The translations under genes were made by a program, and so were the position numbers. A DNA stretch of 63,653 nucleotides, the filler included, from Octopus bimaculoides (lineage: Eukaryota), in assembly GCF_001194135.2 (NCBI RefSeq). It is 4 parts of 4 records of this genome, joined end to end, with 100 filler letters (N's around TTAATTAATTAA, not from the genome) between each part and the next. Parts side by side here need not be neighbours in the genome. Positions count along the whole stretch, not along the records: positions 1 to 26,578 come from NC_068988.1; 3 more parts are not named here. The stretch is one strand, 5' to 3'. This document shows, one piece after another, positions 12,686-26,310 of the stretch. Below the pieces are notes generated by a model. That model saw only the letters and a program-made list of their open reading frames with translations, was not told where the DNA came from and made no database searches. Position 1 is the first letter of the stretch. Each line of letters opens with the position of its first letter.

Positions 12686-13518
12686 NNNNNNNNNNNNNNN
12701 NNNNNNNNNNNNNNNNNNNNNNNNNNNNNNNNNNNNNNNNNNNNNNNNNNNNNNNNNNNNNNNNNNNNNNNNNNNNNNNNNNNNNNNNNNNNNNNNNNNN
12801 NNNNNNNNNNNNNNNNNNNNNNNNNNNNNNNNNNNNNNNNNNNNNNNNNNNNNNNNNNNNNNNNNNNNNNNNNNNNNNNNNNNNNNNNNNNNNNNNNNNN
12901 NNNNNNNNNNNNNNNNNNNNNNNNNNNNNNNNNNNNNNNNNNNNNNNNNNNNNNNNNNNNNNNNNNNNNNNNNNNNNNNNNNNNNNNNNNNNNNNNNNNN
13001 NNNNNNNNNNNNNNNNNNNNNNNNNNNNNNNNNNNNNNNNNNNNNNNNNNNNNNNNNNNNNNNNNNNNTGATTTCCGAGCAAAATTGTATTAACCCTGTT
13101 TTATATGATGAGACAATACATAGTTTGTGATACTTCTTAAGAACAGAAAGGCGCTGAGCTGGCAGAAATGTTAGCACGCTGGGCGAAATGCTTAGCGGTA
13201 TTTTGTCTGCTGTTACGTTCTGAGTTCAAATTGCCTTTCATCCTTTCATTGTCGATATATTGAGTACCAGTTACGTACTGGGATCGATATAATCAACTTA
13301 ATCCGTTTGTCTGTCCTTGTTTGTCCCCTCTATGTTTAGCCCTTTGTGGGCAATAAAGAAATAAGAAAGCACTTTCATGCAAGCCCATGTAAATTATATC
13401 CTCCTCCACTTCACTTTTAAACAAACAATAACTTCCATTATGCCAGGAATCCAACTGTGCTGATTCTGCCCATACGGAAAAAGGAACAAATAATACAATG
13501 TGGCTGTGGGTCATAACA

Positions 13519-13547
13519 CCCGGGCAACGCCCGGATGTATTGCTAGT
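13519..13547 (+). mobile_element. Helitron-like 3' terminus
   Basis: GC hairpin ccgggc-aac-gcccgg, 8 nt spacer, then CTAG|T. 5' end not located. Confidence 0.5.
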
Positions 13548-15279
13548 GTGCGCGTGTGTATATATATATATATATAGATATAGATATAAAGTTTATAACT
13601 TTATAAATGTTTCAATCATTTTGATCATGTCAGATGTATTAAGAAAAATCATTTTGCGGATGGGATTAATGGCATTGTTTGGAAGATAGGAAAAGAAATA
13701 AGAGGTTAAAGTTAAGGGTTCGATGTATAATAGTGATGGAGCAACGTTTTGGGATGTGGCTTAATTTAAAATTTAAGTTATAGCCATAACGGATTTTATT
13801 TGGGAGCAAACTTACTACTTAAGCTTAGCACTGGGTAGAGTTAATACCAGCAGAGGAAAGAAAAAAATCAATTAACTGAACCAAAAAAATGCATAATCAC
13901 CAAATACCTTGATAGAAAAATGTTGAAAATATTTACAATGACTATTATATAATGGTTAGAGATGCAAAGGTAATCAAAATTCTATTAGAAATTGGCAAAG
14001 AAAGGAAATTAATGTGTCAAATGAACTAGATTCTATGAAATAAGAGATATGCTAAGGCAGGTTAGAGGAAGTTTAGATTAATAACACGGAATGAAAAAAA
14101 TTGAATGGTGGTCTTTTTTTTTATGACTGAAGTAAAGGATTATGATATTAGTAGATTCAGGGGTTAACAGAAAAGGCGGGGATTTCAGATGTGTTATTGG
14201 CTGAGGGATTTCAATAGAGGAGCAAATGGAAAGGAAGCGTTGAGGCATTAACAAAGGTAAATAAATTACTTTAGAAATCTGAGACAAAATGTTTAGTGAA
14301 CAGAGAAAGCGTCACAGAGATGCAATCTCCAGCGCACTATAGTAACACCTACAATGACACATGCACCTACACTGACAAACACACTCATATTCACATGCAC
14401 ACACATGCACAGCACACACATACACAGCATACACGCGCACATATTTACAGATGCATAAATAGATATATATATGTATATATATATTTATATATATAAACAT
14501 GAATATTAATATATATTTACACAATATTTTTACATATATATATATATATATATATATATNNNNNNNNNNTATATATACATATATAGATCTATATACATGA
14601 GCATATAAATACATACATACATATCAATATATATATATATACACTCACATACACACACACACACACAGACATATATACATGCATACACATGCATACACAC
14701 ATATATACACACTCATACACATATATACACATATGTACAAGCAGCCATACATATGGACAAGAACTCCCACAGTCGCACATGAAATTAATCCTGACCTATT
14801 CATTTTCAGGCAGGGTGTAAGAATAAGATACTATTTAATGTGTCCCTCTCTTTTCTGAGGTCTTTATAATCAGATAGTTTTTTTTTTTTGAGATTTTCTT
14901 TGAGAGATACCAGCTCATCATCCTACACAATTGGAATAGCTATAAAAAGAAGGTTTTTTTTTTGTCTTATTTAATAGTATCAAATTTATAGAGCCTTTAC
15001 ACACATGCATACACACAAACTTATATCCTTCTTGCTTAGTGTTAATATAAATAAACATTACTTGGCAAAAGTGTCAGAACATGGGACAAATGCCTTGTGG
15101 TATTCATTATCACTTTGGTCATCACGAGGCTCTATAAAAAGACGTTTGCCCAAGGTGCCATGCAGTGGGACAGAACTCTGAACCATGTGGTTTCAAAGCA
15201 AGCTTCTTACCACACAGTCACACATGTGCCTATTTATATTTTTCAATGCATGTACACCACTTCTTTATGCTTGTGGGTG

Positions 15280-16520
15280 TATTTGGTGTTTGTTAGTTCC
15301 AAATCCTCACAATCTCAAATGTTAAGGGGTTTTAATTTTTCAACCTTTCATCTGCTTCCTTCCTAGTGCTGGTACCAAATGAATGTGATGGGTCAATCAC
15401 TAAGCAAATTCGAATATTCTTTGTCTATTATTGTAATATATGGCTTGTTGCATTCTATCTTCTTTTATGTTTAAATTGAAAAATCCCATAAAATCATACA
15501 TGTGTTTGATTCAAGTACTCTTTCTACCTGATGATTGTACCATATACTTCCTGCTTCAAACTCCCATTTCTGACAAAGCTTCCAGTGTAAAACTTTCACT
15601 ACTTGGTCATGTTTCCATTTCTCATATTTTTCTTGGATCAACTTGGTGCATTCTGCAACAATGTGTGCCATTGATTCATCTGAAATTCCACATACTCTAC
15701 CTTTTCCCAATACCTTCTCCTCATACACTTATTTCCTCAAGTTGTTTGCAGTGTTTGATTTTGGGCTGCAATAACAAAGGCTCTCTGTTTCTTTTTTCAA
15801 CTGCCACTTTTTCAACCAAGCCCAAAATTTTGTTCCACACACATCCTCAATGGTTTTCTAAATTTGACCAAGCAAAGATTTCTCACCAATCTGTTTAACA
15901 TGTTCTCTTTGAATTTCATTCTTGTCCTTTCCTACTTTTCAAGTCTTAATCACTGGACTTTATTCCCTGCCTTTAGTAACTTTTCTGTATTGTTCAGTTA
16001 ATGATCTAGTAAGCTATTTCATTCCATCTGCACATACTCTTCCACACTAGTTAATTCTCTCCCACCTTGGTCTTTCTTTAAGTACAGACCAGTTACAATC
16101 AACTTTTGGATGGTGGGCTCCAGACATATTCAAAAGCTTTCTCATTTTTCAATCAAGTTTATACATTTCAACTTTTGTCCAATCCCCAATTCCAGCACCA
16201 TATCTGATTATTGGCACTGCTTTTGAATTAATCACTTCAATAACACTTCTTGAATTTTGCCTTGACTGTAATATTTTCCTTATTCTCCTTGTATACTCCT
16301 TGTAATTTACTTCATCTCATCATGTTTTATTTCATCTGCATCCATTATTCCCAAATACTTATATCACTGCCCTTTCTCATCTGATTTCATTGTCTGCCCA
16401 TCTGGCATTCCAACTCACTGGTTTCCTACAAATCATTCTTGTTTCATTATCAAAAGAACATACTTTTCAATCCCAAATTCCACTCTTACATCATTTGAGA
16501 AAATGCAAACGTTATGTAGA
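15280..16520 (-). mobile_element. R4/Dong-like non-LTR retrotransposon, 5'-truncated relic (RT C-terminus, CCHC and RLE region)
   Basis: Broken ORF with YKYLGI, HIVAEC..L....Y...HDQV.KVLHWKLC, ILWDFSI and NKP.I.IID motifs; many stops and frameshifts; 5' end abuts (TAA)n. Confidence 0.8.
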
Positions 16521-16578
<58 letters not shown>

Positions 16579-17914
16579 TTCATTGTTGAATGTCAGCTTA
16601 AATGAACGTATTTTTCTCTGCTGTTGCTGTTAGCTTTTAGTTCAGTTCATCTACAAAAGGATTTTCAAAAATTACAAATTTTATTTAACTTTGTGTCACA
16701 TGAACTGATTTTCAAGACAAATCATATTTTTTTCTTCTGTATTTAAATGATGCAGAACCCCCAAGCAAAAAGAAAAAAAAAGACAAAATAGAAACGAATT
16801 AATTTTATTGAATGTTTTGAACTTTACTTTGATCTGATGTGATTCATAATCATAAATGTGTCAGGTCAACCGAGTTACACCCACCAATTGTTTTGATAGA
16901 TATAAAGCAAAGCCTACTTTTATCAATACTTATGTAACTTACAGAAAGAAAATTGTCTTCACAAAGTCGTTATTTTAATTTGAGTTGTTGCAAGAACATA
17001 CTGAGTAGCAAAATTAAAGAGATCGTAGATACTTTCACAGGTGATGATGTTGAACAAAAAATGAACAAATGAGGTAAGGTTTGACCAAATTAACTAAACA
17101 CAACGTTAGAACATTGAATTTTTAATTTAGGCATTGTACACTCCTAGCAGAAAAATTGAACTATTATATAAAAAAAAAAGGCCTCCCTCTCATGGTTCTT
17201 TTTTAAATATATTTTTAAGAAAATAGGTAGTCAGTTGGTAGAATTGTTAGCACACTAGGCAAAATTGCATAGTGGCATTTCGCCCATCTTTATGTTCTGA
17301 GTTCAAATTCTGCTGAGGTTGATTTTATCTTTCATCCTTCTAGGGTCGATAAAATAAGTATCAGTTGATCATTGGAGATGATGTAATCAACTTGCCCTTC
17401 CCTCAAAATTGCTGACCTTGTGCCAAAATGTGATGTCGATATATTTTCAGGAAGAAGCAAAGATAAAACTGAGTATGGAGGGAGGAGGAGAAGGTTTTCT
17501 TTGTAGCCTTGAAGGACCAATTACAGGGATCTCTAGCAAATGTCTGGACTGGCATCTTCTACATAGGGAGTGGCATAATCTATGGTACCATCTACCCAAG
17601 TTTTGAGACCAAGGGCAATGTGTTACAGCATGTAGGGTTTTTTGCAGCAAACACCTGTTCATATTCTTGTGCTTTAAGAACATGGACTGCATAATACAGG
17701 GCTGACAGTTAAGGGTATAGAAAGTTATATTAATCCCCAGGTTTTTCGTTGAACAAAATACTTCGGGGCATTTCGTCCATCTTTACTTTCTGAGTTCAAA
17801 TTCCACCAAGGCTGACTTTGCCTTTCATTCTTTTGGGGGTCAATAAAATAAGTACCAGTTGAGTACTGGGGGTCAATGTAATCGAATTGTCCATCAAGAA
17901 TTCATCCCCCAGTA

Positions 17915-18345
17915 TCAGACCATCAAGTGAGAGTCCTGCTGTGATTTTTTGAAGTGTTGCTGGCAGGACATTTGGTGAAAGCAACCGGATCTGTGGAGCT
18001 CAATGAATCGAATTCTTCATGACAACAATGCACCCTGTCACTCGTGAGTTTCTCATCAAAAACAACATGGTATCATTTCTGCACCCACCCTATTCACCAG
18101 ATTTAGCATCTTCAGACTTACCCGCTTCCCCAAGATGAAAATGCAACTCAAACGTCGCTGTTTTAACACTGTTGTTGAAATCAAGAGCAAATTGCAGAAG
18201 GTCCTCATCTTGCTTACAGAAAACAACTTCCAGAGTGGATTGCAAAAGTAGCAGAAATGCTGGGACCATTGTATTGCTGTTCAAGGTGATTATTTCGAAG
18301 GAGATATTGTTAAAACTTAGGTAAATCATTTATATTTTATTTAAC
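17915..18345 (+). mobile_element. mariner transposase 3' relic
   Basis: HD.NAPCH, HPPYSPDLASSD and QGDYFEGD motifs, with frameshifts. Confidence 0.85.
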
Positions 18346-18354
18346 ATAAATAGT

Positions 18355-18585
18355 GCTGTTGCCATTGCAAATACCGCCTGACTGGCCCTCATGCCAGTGG
18401 CACGTAAAAGCACCCACTACACTCCCGGAGTGGTTGGCATTAGGAAGGGCATCCAGCTGTAGAAACTCTGCCAGATTAGATTGGATCCTGGTGCAGCCAT
18501 CTGGTTCGCCAGTCCTCAATCAAACCGTCCAACCCATGCTAGCATGGAAAGCAGATGGTAAACGATGATGATGATGATGATGATG
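18355..18585 (+). mobile_element. Retroposon 3' tail ending in (GAT)n; related pieces at ~7270-7320, ~7365-7550(-), ~7925-7975, ~28830-28990(-)
   Basis: Recurrent ...ccaacccatgctagcatggaaagcggacgttaaacgatgatgat terminus. An RTE-related origin is inferred only from the short-repeat tail. Confidence 0.65.
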
Positions 18586-21500
18586 AATGCAGAAACCTTT
18601 TGCTTCCACCTCATACATAGGTTGATATATTTGACTGTTCCTTCTTCCTGAATTTCTAGCCCTGTACCTCTATTAGAAATTATTATTATCAATATTACTG
18701 TTAATCAGAAATTTATTCCAAAAGTATAGGAGGCTTGCAATTCAAATACAAGTATGACAGGAATATAATCAATCTTATCCACCTCATCTTTTCTCACTTC
18801 TTTCTCTTCATTGTCATCATCATCATCATCAGCACCCCCCCGCCCCGTCCATCAATACCACCACTATCACCACTGTTGTTGCTGCTGTCACCACTGCCGC
18901 CATCACCGCTGCTGTCGCCGCTGCCACCACCACCACCACCACCAGCACCATTAATGTCCTCATTATAACATCGTTACCTTTGTTATAGTCAATACTATCA
19001 CCACCATCACCACTACCACCACCACCACTACTACCACCACCACCACTACTATCATCATCATAACCATTGTCGTCACTACTATCGTCAACATCACGGTTCT
19101 TCTCCATTAATGTCTCCTTCATCGTTATCCATAGTAATTCTATGACTGTTTCTCCATTTGGTAACATTAAATCCCACTAAAATCCCACTAAACCACTGTA
19201 GCAGTACTTAATAACATGATTACCGACCAGCTAGATCGGACAAGATTTAATTAGCAGCTGTAATTATTATATGCAACGAGGGAAGAGTTAGCATTCAGAA
19301 TGGATAGCGCTTTCATTTATTGTCTTTCATAAACAACATTTCGTTTCTTATCATTTGTGCACTGACTAAACAATAGTGTCCATATAGAATAAATATTTTT
19401 GAGTAACTGACCCTTAGGCATTATGGATTGGGGTAATGAAGAACAGAGGATGAGGGCATCGCAATCGATGGCTTCACGGATAAATAATTACGGTTCTTGA
19501 ATATATGAAATCTGTGTGCTTAAGATAGCGTGGGTTTATTTAGCCAAGAAACAGACATTTGTTTTGAGGGCATTGTGTGTGAGTGAAGTATTCCAACAGT
19601 TTGAAAAAGAAAGCAGTAAACTTGGGCTTTTATTTGCTCACAACTCAACCAGCTCTTGCAACCGATATACACACTTTAATTTATACTTATTCAGTAAGAT
19701 ACAAATAAACACTATTGATATCCAGCACAAGTCCACATGCTCATACAAAAGAAGAGTCTACATATTTAAGCAAACAAACCAATATATTCACTGGATTAAT
19801 AATGAATTCACTCATTTTTACTTTCCATTTAATATTCTAACGACACTTTATTATAATTTAAATGCACAAAGTCAGATGAAACGGGTTCAAATTTTATGGT
19901 TATTTTAGATAATCAAAGGGCTGTATCTGAGAACTATAAAATAATTACATAAAATCACAACAGTGTGTGTGTGTGTGTGTGTGTGTGTGTTTATTTATAT
20001 AAGTGTGTGTGTGTATTTATGTGTGTGTGTGTGTTTTTATATATGTATGCATGTGTGTGAGCATTTATTTATATATGTAAGTGTGTATTTATGTGTGTGT
20101 GTGTCTATATATGTATGTAGGTGGCACGTAAAATACACCATTTTGAGCGTCCCCTCTGTCTAGCCCTAATGGTTGGGGATTTCATCCATAGTCTTAGGTG
20201 TCACCTGAATCAGAATTTCCAACCCTATCCTGACTTGATTTTCCGTCTGGAATCCTTTTATTTCTAGCAGTGTGTTAGTGTCTTCCAAAAACCACATATT
20301 TCATCATCCACCAGAAAGCAGCATCTACTTCTTCATCCTCAATAAAAACTTCAAAATGTTCATGAGGGCTTGGAAAAAGAGCATCATGTCACTCCTCAAT
20401 CTTTTCAATCTCATTCATCACATTACCTCTTTTATCATAGGCACAAGAATGTTAAAAGCTGCCAGTGCATCTTGATTATCGAAATTGGCAGATTAACATT
20501 GTTTTCAAATTTTGGCCCAAGGCCAGTAATTTCGTAGGAGAGGGTCAGTCGATTACATTGAACCCAGTGCTCAATAGGTTCTTATTTTTATTGACTCTAA
20601 AAGAATGAAAGGCAAAGTTGACCTAGGAGAAATTTGAACTCAGAATGTAAAGATCTATGAAATGCCACTAAGCATTTTGCTTGGAGTGTTATCAATTCTG
20701 CCAGTTTGCATCCTTAATTGGTAGAATAATATTTTTTCTACTCTAGGCACTAGGTCTGAAATTCGGGAAGGGGACCAGTTGATTAGATCAACCCTAGTAC
20801 ACAACTGGTACTTAATCGCTCGACCCTGAAAGGATGAAGGGCAAAGTCAACCTCGGCGGAATTTGAACTTGGAATGTAAAGAAGGATGAATTACAGCTAA
20901 GCATTTTGCCTGGCATGCTAACATTTCTTATTTCTTTATTGCCCACAAGGGGCTACACACAAAGGGGACAAACAAGGACAGACAAACGGATTAAGTCGAT
21001 TATATCGACCCCAGTGCATAACTGGTACTTATTTAATCGACCCTGAAAGGATGAAAGGCAAAGTTGACCTCGGCGGAATTTGAACTCAGAACGTAGCAGC
21101 AGATGAAATAATGCTAAGCATTTTGCCCAGCATGCTAACGTTTTTGCCAACTCACTTCCTTTGGTAGAGTAATATTAACTGATAGTTAAATCTGTTTAAC
21201 ATACAAGGAGTACTTGATATTTCTCCACAGGTGAGTAATGTTTGAACACTCCACTTATGAGTGCAAGGCTATTTTTGTAACTTCATTCATATCTGGGGCA
21301 AGTTTTACTGATAGCATTTCTATACTTGTAGAGTACATTTGTACTTGGCACTGTCCCATAGAAATACTATCAGATGAGATATTTCTGGACATACCCTGTG
21401 GCCTTCCTGAAGAGACAACTCCATTCCTCCTAGTCAATGCTAATAATCTTCTAGAGAATGTCATTGAATAATAAAGGCTTCAAATTTTTCACATATCCAG

Positions 21501-22647
21501 TAATTTTAGGGGAGAGAGGAAAAGTCAATTAAATTGAACCCTGTTTTTAACTGATATTTATTTTACCAACCTCAAAAAGATGAAAGGCAAAGCTAATCTC
21601 AGTGGAATTTGAACTCAGAATTTAAAGACAGATGAAATGCCAGTAAGTATTTTGTCTGGTATGCTAATGAATCTGCCTGTTCACAATCTTAATATCATTG
21701 ATAACTGGAGTTATCCTATGAACAAAATGCTAAGCTCATGGGGAAACCAAATGAATTTCTTATTTATGTTACAACTCCACTTGGAAAAAGTACAAATGCC
21801 AAAACACCACATTTTCATGCATGTAAAACCAAAATATGTAGTGTGTAAAATTTGAAAGAGACACAGTAATGGAAAAATAAAGAAAAAAAATACAAAAATA
21901 AAAGAAACAAAAACAACTTAATAATCACGAGAAAAGCTTTCCACTCATATCATATTGTTACTGTATTTCAGATTCGTGAGACACTAAACTCCCTAATTAG
22001 AGGGGTCAGTCTCATTCCAGAAAGGTCAAATATTAGTGGAAGGGCAGAGGTCATCAGATTTCTAACTGCAGAATCCTGAAATCAATCACGTTTCAGAATA
22101 GCAGAGAACATAATGTAATTATGTGTTGGTGGATGGTTCGGTGTATGAGTGTATAAGTTTCAACTTGTCAGTCGAGCATGTGTGATATTATGTATATTTC
22201 CACGTATGGTTATTGCATGCGGATACTCTGTTTGTATGTGTGTGTGTTTAGCTGTATGCATATTGTGTGTCTGCATCTAAACATTGTGTTAATGTGTTTA
22301 GATTATATGCATATAATGTCTCTAAAATGTATGCACTGATTTGAATATTTCCATTTCATGTTTCTTTTATACATGCAGGCATGTTTATGATGTTTATGTG
22401 TGTGTGTACATGATTTGTGTGTAGTGTGTATACATACAAATATGTGTGTGTGTGTACATCAATTGCGTGTGGTGTGTATACATACAAATATGTGTGTGTG
22501 TGTAAATTTTTATAAATGTATCAAAGTGTATGTATTTGTTTATAAACGTGTGTAAATGTATTCATAGATCTTTAGATGCATGTCATGTTTTGTTATGCAA
22601 GGAAATTTAAATTTATATATGTGTGCATGTATGTATATATATGTATA

Positions 22648-22694
<47 letters not shown>

Positions 22695-23399
22695 TTGTGT
22701 GCCTGTGTTTGTGGGTGTGAAACTGTTTGTAATTTATATAATTTCATTCTAAAATTTACACACACACACACAGATGCATGCACATATGAAGTCTTGCCTG
22801 TACTATGCAAGAATTAAAATGATGATGATGAAATATATATGTGTGAATGAGTGTATGTTTGTGTGTGTATAGTTTACACACACACACATATATATATATA
22901 TTTAGACATACATATGTATAAATACATACGTATGTACGTCTATCTATATACATGTATATATAACAAGCATTGTTTATGGACACTAAGCTCCGAGACCACT
23001 TGACCACATGGTTGCAATCTGTATCCCATAAATTTGGTGGTGGATACTCATTCACCAGGTTAACCTTGCTTACAATATATAAAAAATACAGTGTCATATA
23101 ATCGCTGGTTTTGTAAATAGGAAACTTGTCTGTTAGAAAATCTCTGTTCGAGACAGAAGAGGTATACAAACTAAAAAGTGTTATTTATGGCCACTTTAAT
23201 GTGGCTGTCTTCTAAGGGATGACAATACTGCCATTTAAACCCAGGAAAACATCACCTTCAGCTGGTTTATTCAATGTGCTTCTCGCACTTGATATTTATT
23301 GCAAGTGGGAGATAACTCCTGTTACTCTAGTTCTGAGACCATCAGATATATATATGCTTGCATGTATGTATATATGCCTGTATATATACTGGTGTTGAT

Positions 23400-23626
23400 G
23401 AGTGATTAAGAAGTTTCCTTCTGAATCATATGGTCAGACATTTCATATTTCACTGTTTCATGGTGTGACAATGAGCACATGGTTCTGGGTTCAATCCCAC
23501 TGTGTGGAACCTTTGGCAAGTATCTTCTATGATAAACTTGGGCCAACCAAAGCCATGTGAATGGATTTGGTAGACAGAAACTGAAAGAACTCATCGTATG
23601 TTTATGCATGTATGAGTGAATGTGTG

Positions 23627-23659
<33 letters not shown>

Positions 23660-23890
23660 TTGTGTTTGTTTTTGTGTCTGTATTTGTCTCCTACCACCAC
23701 TTGGCAGGTGGTGTCGGTGTGTTTATATTCTTCTAACTTGACAGTTCAGCAAAAGAGACTGATAAAAAAAGGACCAGGCTTGAAAAGAAATTAAGTGCTG
23801 GGGTTGATTCATTCAACGAAAAATCCTTCAAGATGGTGCCCCAGCATGGCCACATTCTAATTAATGACTTAAAGCAAATAAAAGATAGAA
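23400..23890 (+). mobile_element. tRNA-derived SINE family B (CORE-like, bipartite around an internal (TA)n/(TG)n); >=15 full or partial copies (e.g. 5990-6405-, 12490-12650+, 26679-26980-, 27935-28097+, 29030-29580-, 30082-30461+, 38130-38290+, 51305-51630-, 53301-53815+, 62965-63350+)
   Basis: Head ggagtggctgtgtggtaag...gggttcagtcccac, CORE-like ggcaccttgggcaagt, microsatellite, then right arm ccaccatcgcttgacaacc...ccagcatggccgcagtc. Boundaries approximate. Confidence 0.85.
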
Positions 23891-24219
23891 CATAAAAGAT
23901 AAATAGTAAATCATTTGTTCAGCAAGAAATTGCATAACCATCTTTCTTGGTCTATGAGAGATGATGATAATCATCGTCGTTGCCATCGTCGTCATCATCA
24001 TCATCATCATCATCACCACCAATATCGTCATTGTCATCAGTGTCATCATCTTCATCATCACGAATATCATCATCATCATCATCATCAGTATACATGTGTC
24101 TGTGGAATACTCAGCTATGAATATTCCACAGATGGTAGTTCAGTTGATGGAACAACTGGAATAGTCAGCATCGAAAATGATGAAGATCCATGACTATGCA
24201 AAATACACACATACACGCA

Positions 24220-24256
<37 letters not shown>

Positions 24257-24445
24257 CCCACACACACATACGTACACACATATATATCTTATAATTAGTT
24301 TCCCAATTCACCAATTTTAAACAATCAACATTTGCATATGTACATATTATATAGAGGCACATATACATAATGCATACACCCACACACATACATACATATA
24401 CATATGCATATACANNNNNNNNNNGTGCATACATATGAGCGTGTC

Positions 24446-24492
<47 letters not shown>

Positions 24493-24801
24493 GCTTACAT
24501 GTAAATGAATATGTAAATTTTTACTCCAGTAACCGAATGAATATTCATTCTTTGTTATGAATACAAAGAGGAAAGACAATATCTGTAGTTAATCATGAAA
24601 TCCATCAGTGGGTGATTGGATATAATCACTTTGCAATATGTATTGTGTTTAGATGAGATTTGGATTTAGGCATTTGGATAGGAATGCATGTATACAGATT
24701 GATATTATTCATTGTGTGTATGCATCTATATGTATGTGTACACACAAACACACACATGCACATGTACATACATGCATACAGATGTGTTTGTGTGTGTGTG
24801 T

Positions 24802-24838
<37 letters not shown>

Positions 24839-25365
24839 TATATTTGCATACATATTTGAATATGTATTTAGAGAGTTTGTTTCTGCACTGTCGTCGTCGT
24901 TGTCATCATCGGCATCTTCTTCACTATTGTCATCATCATTTTTATCATCACAATCAGTGTCGTCGTCGTCATCATCGTCAACATCATCAACATTATCATC
25001 ATCATTATCACCATCACCACTATCATCATCATCATCATTCTCATCATCATCATAAACATAATCATCATGATCATCATAATCACCATCGTCGTCACCATCA
25101 TCGTCATCCTCCTCCTCCTCATCATCATCATCACAATCATCAATCAACTCCTCCTCCTCCTCCTTCTCCTCCTCCTCATAATACTCACCACCACCACCAC
25201 CACCACCACCGGTACAAGGGCCATTCAGGCAGTGCTGGCAATGACCACACTCAAAAGGTGTTTTTTATGTGCTACCNNNNNNNNNNCAGTGCTGGCAATG
25301 ACCACACTCAAAAGGTATTTTTTATGTGCTACCTGCACGGAATCCAATCCAGCAGCATATTATCA

Positions 25366-25399
<34 letters not shown>

Positions 25400-25450
25400 A
25401 TACATATACTATTGTATATGCTTTGAGTATTTTTCTGGTGGCTGCAATGG

Positions 25451-25833
25451 TGTAGCAGAGTATATAACTCTCATGTCGCCAGTGTTAAAACACCTTAGAG
25501 CCACAGACAGGCGAGATATCTCACCCTCGATCCCATTTAGGAGAGATGGCCATCGGTGTTTCCCCATTTTTGTGGCCAATCCAACGACTTATATGCTTAT
25601 GGCTTGCAAAATCATGAGCAGGTATGCCTGTAAATTGCACACCTAAGAGAAAATTTACATATGATGTAAAAGGAGCTCTAATATATTAAATATTGTAAAA
25701 TACATAACCCACAAAAATGGCAAAACATCGATGTCCATCACTCCCAAATTGGATTGAGGGTGAGTTATCTCACCTGCCCACAGCTCTAAGATGTTTTAAC
25801 ACTGGTGACATGGGAGTTATATATTCTGCTACA
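25451..25833. repeat. Foldback element: 125-bp inverted arms, 133-bp spacer
   Basis: 25451-25575 versus the reverse complement of 25709-25833: ungapped, 19 mismatches by manual count (~85%). Confidence 0.9.
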
Positions 25834-26310
25834 TCCTGAAGATGATATCTTCAGAACATGAACAGCCATCACAAATACAACAAAACTAGCCAACTAATAT
25901 GTGATTAATTCTGTCAATCAATCATCCAACATCATCACCTTATTTGTTCTTTTCTTATCTAGGCTCATGACATGAAATTTTTGGGGAGTGGGGCCAATTG
26001 ATTAGATCAACTTCGATACACAACTGGTACTTAATTTGTCGACCCCCGAAAGGATGAAAGGCAAAGTCGACCTCGGTGGAATTTGAACTGAGAATGTAAA
26101 GACAGACAAAATACCGCTAAGCATTTCACCCGGCATGCTAACGATTCTACCAGCTCACCGCCTTTGTTACATTATTTATTGAACTCAGAAAGCTGAAATG
26201 ATAACTCAGCCACAGTAGTGTTTGAACTCAGAGCTCAGAGAAGTGGATCAAATAGTGCAAGGCATGCTGTCCAGCAATTTAAAGGCTCAATTTAAAGGCC
26301 AATTTGTATA

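Noticed and set aside
17041-17073. Plus-strand cag...GAG|gtaagg exon-like segment
   Set aside because: Stop codons in all three frames.
21208-21230. 23-nt plus-strand micro-exon candidate ending CAG|gtgagt
   Set aside because: Weak acceptor and no supporting context.
25230-25333. 47-bp direct repeat with one mismatch around a 10-N gap
   Set aside because: Likely two haplotypes or overlapping contig ends.
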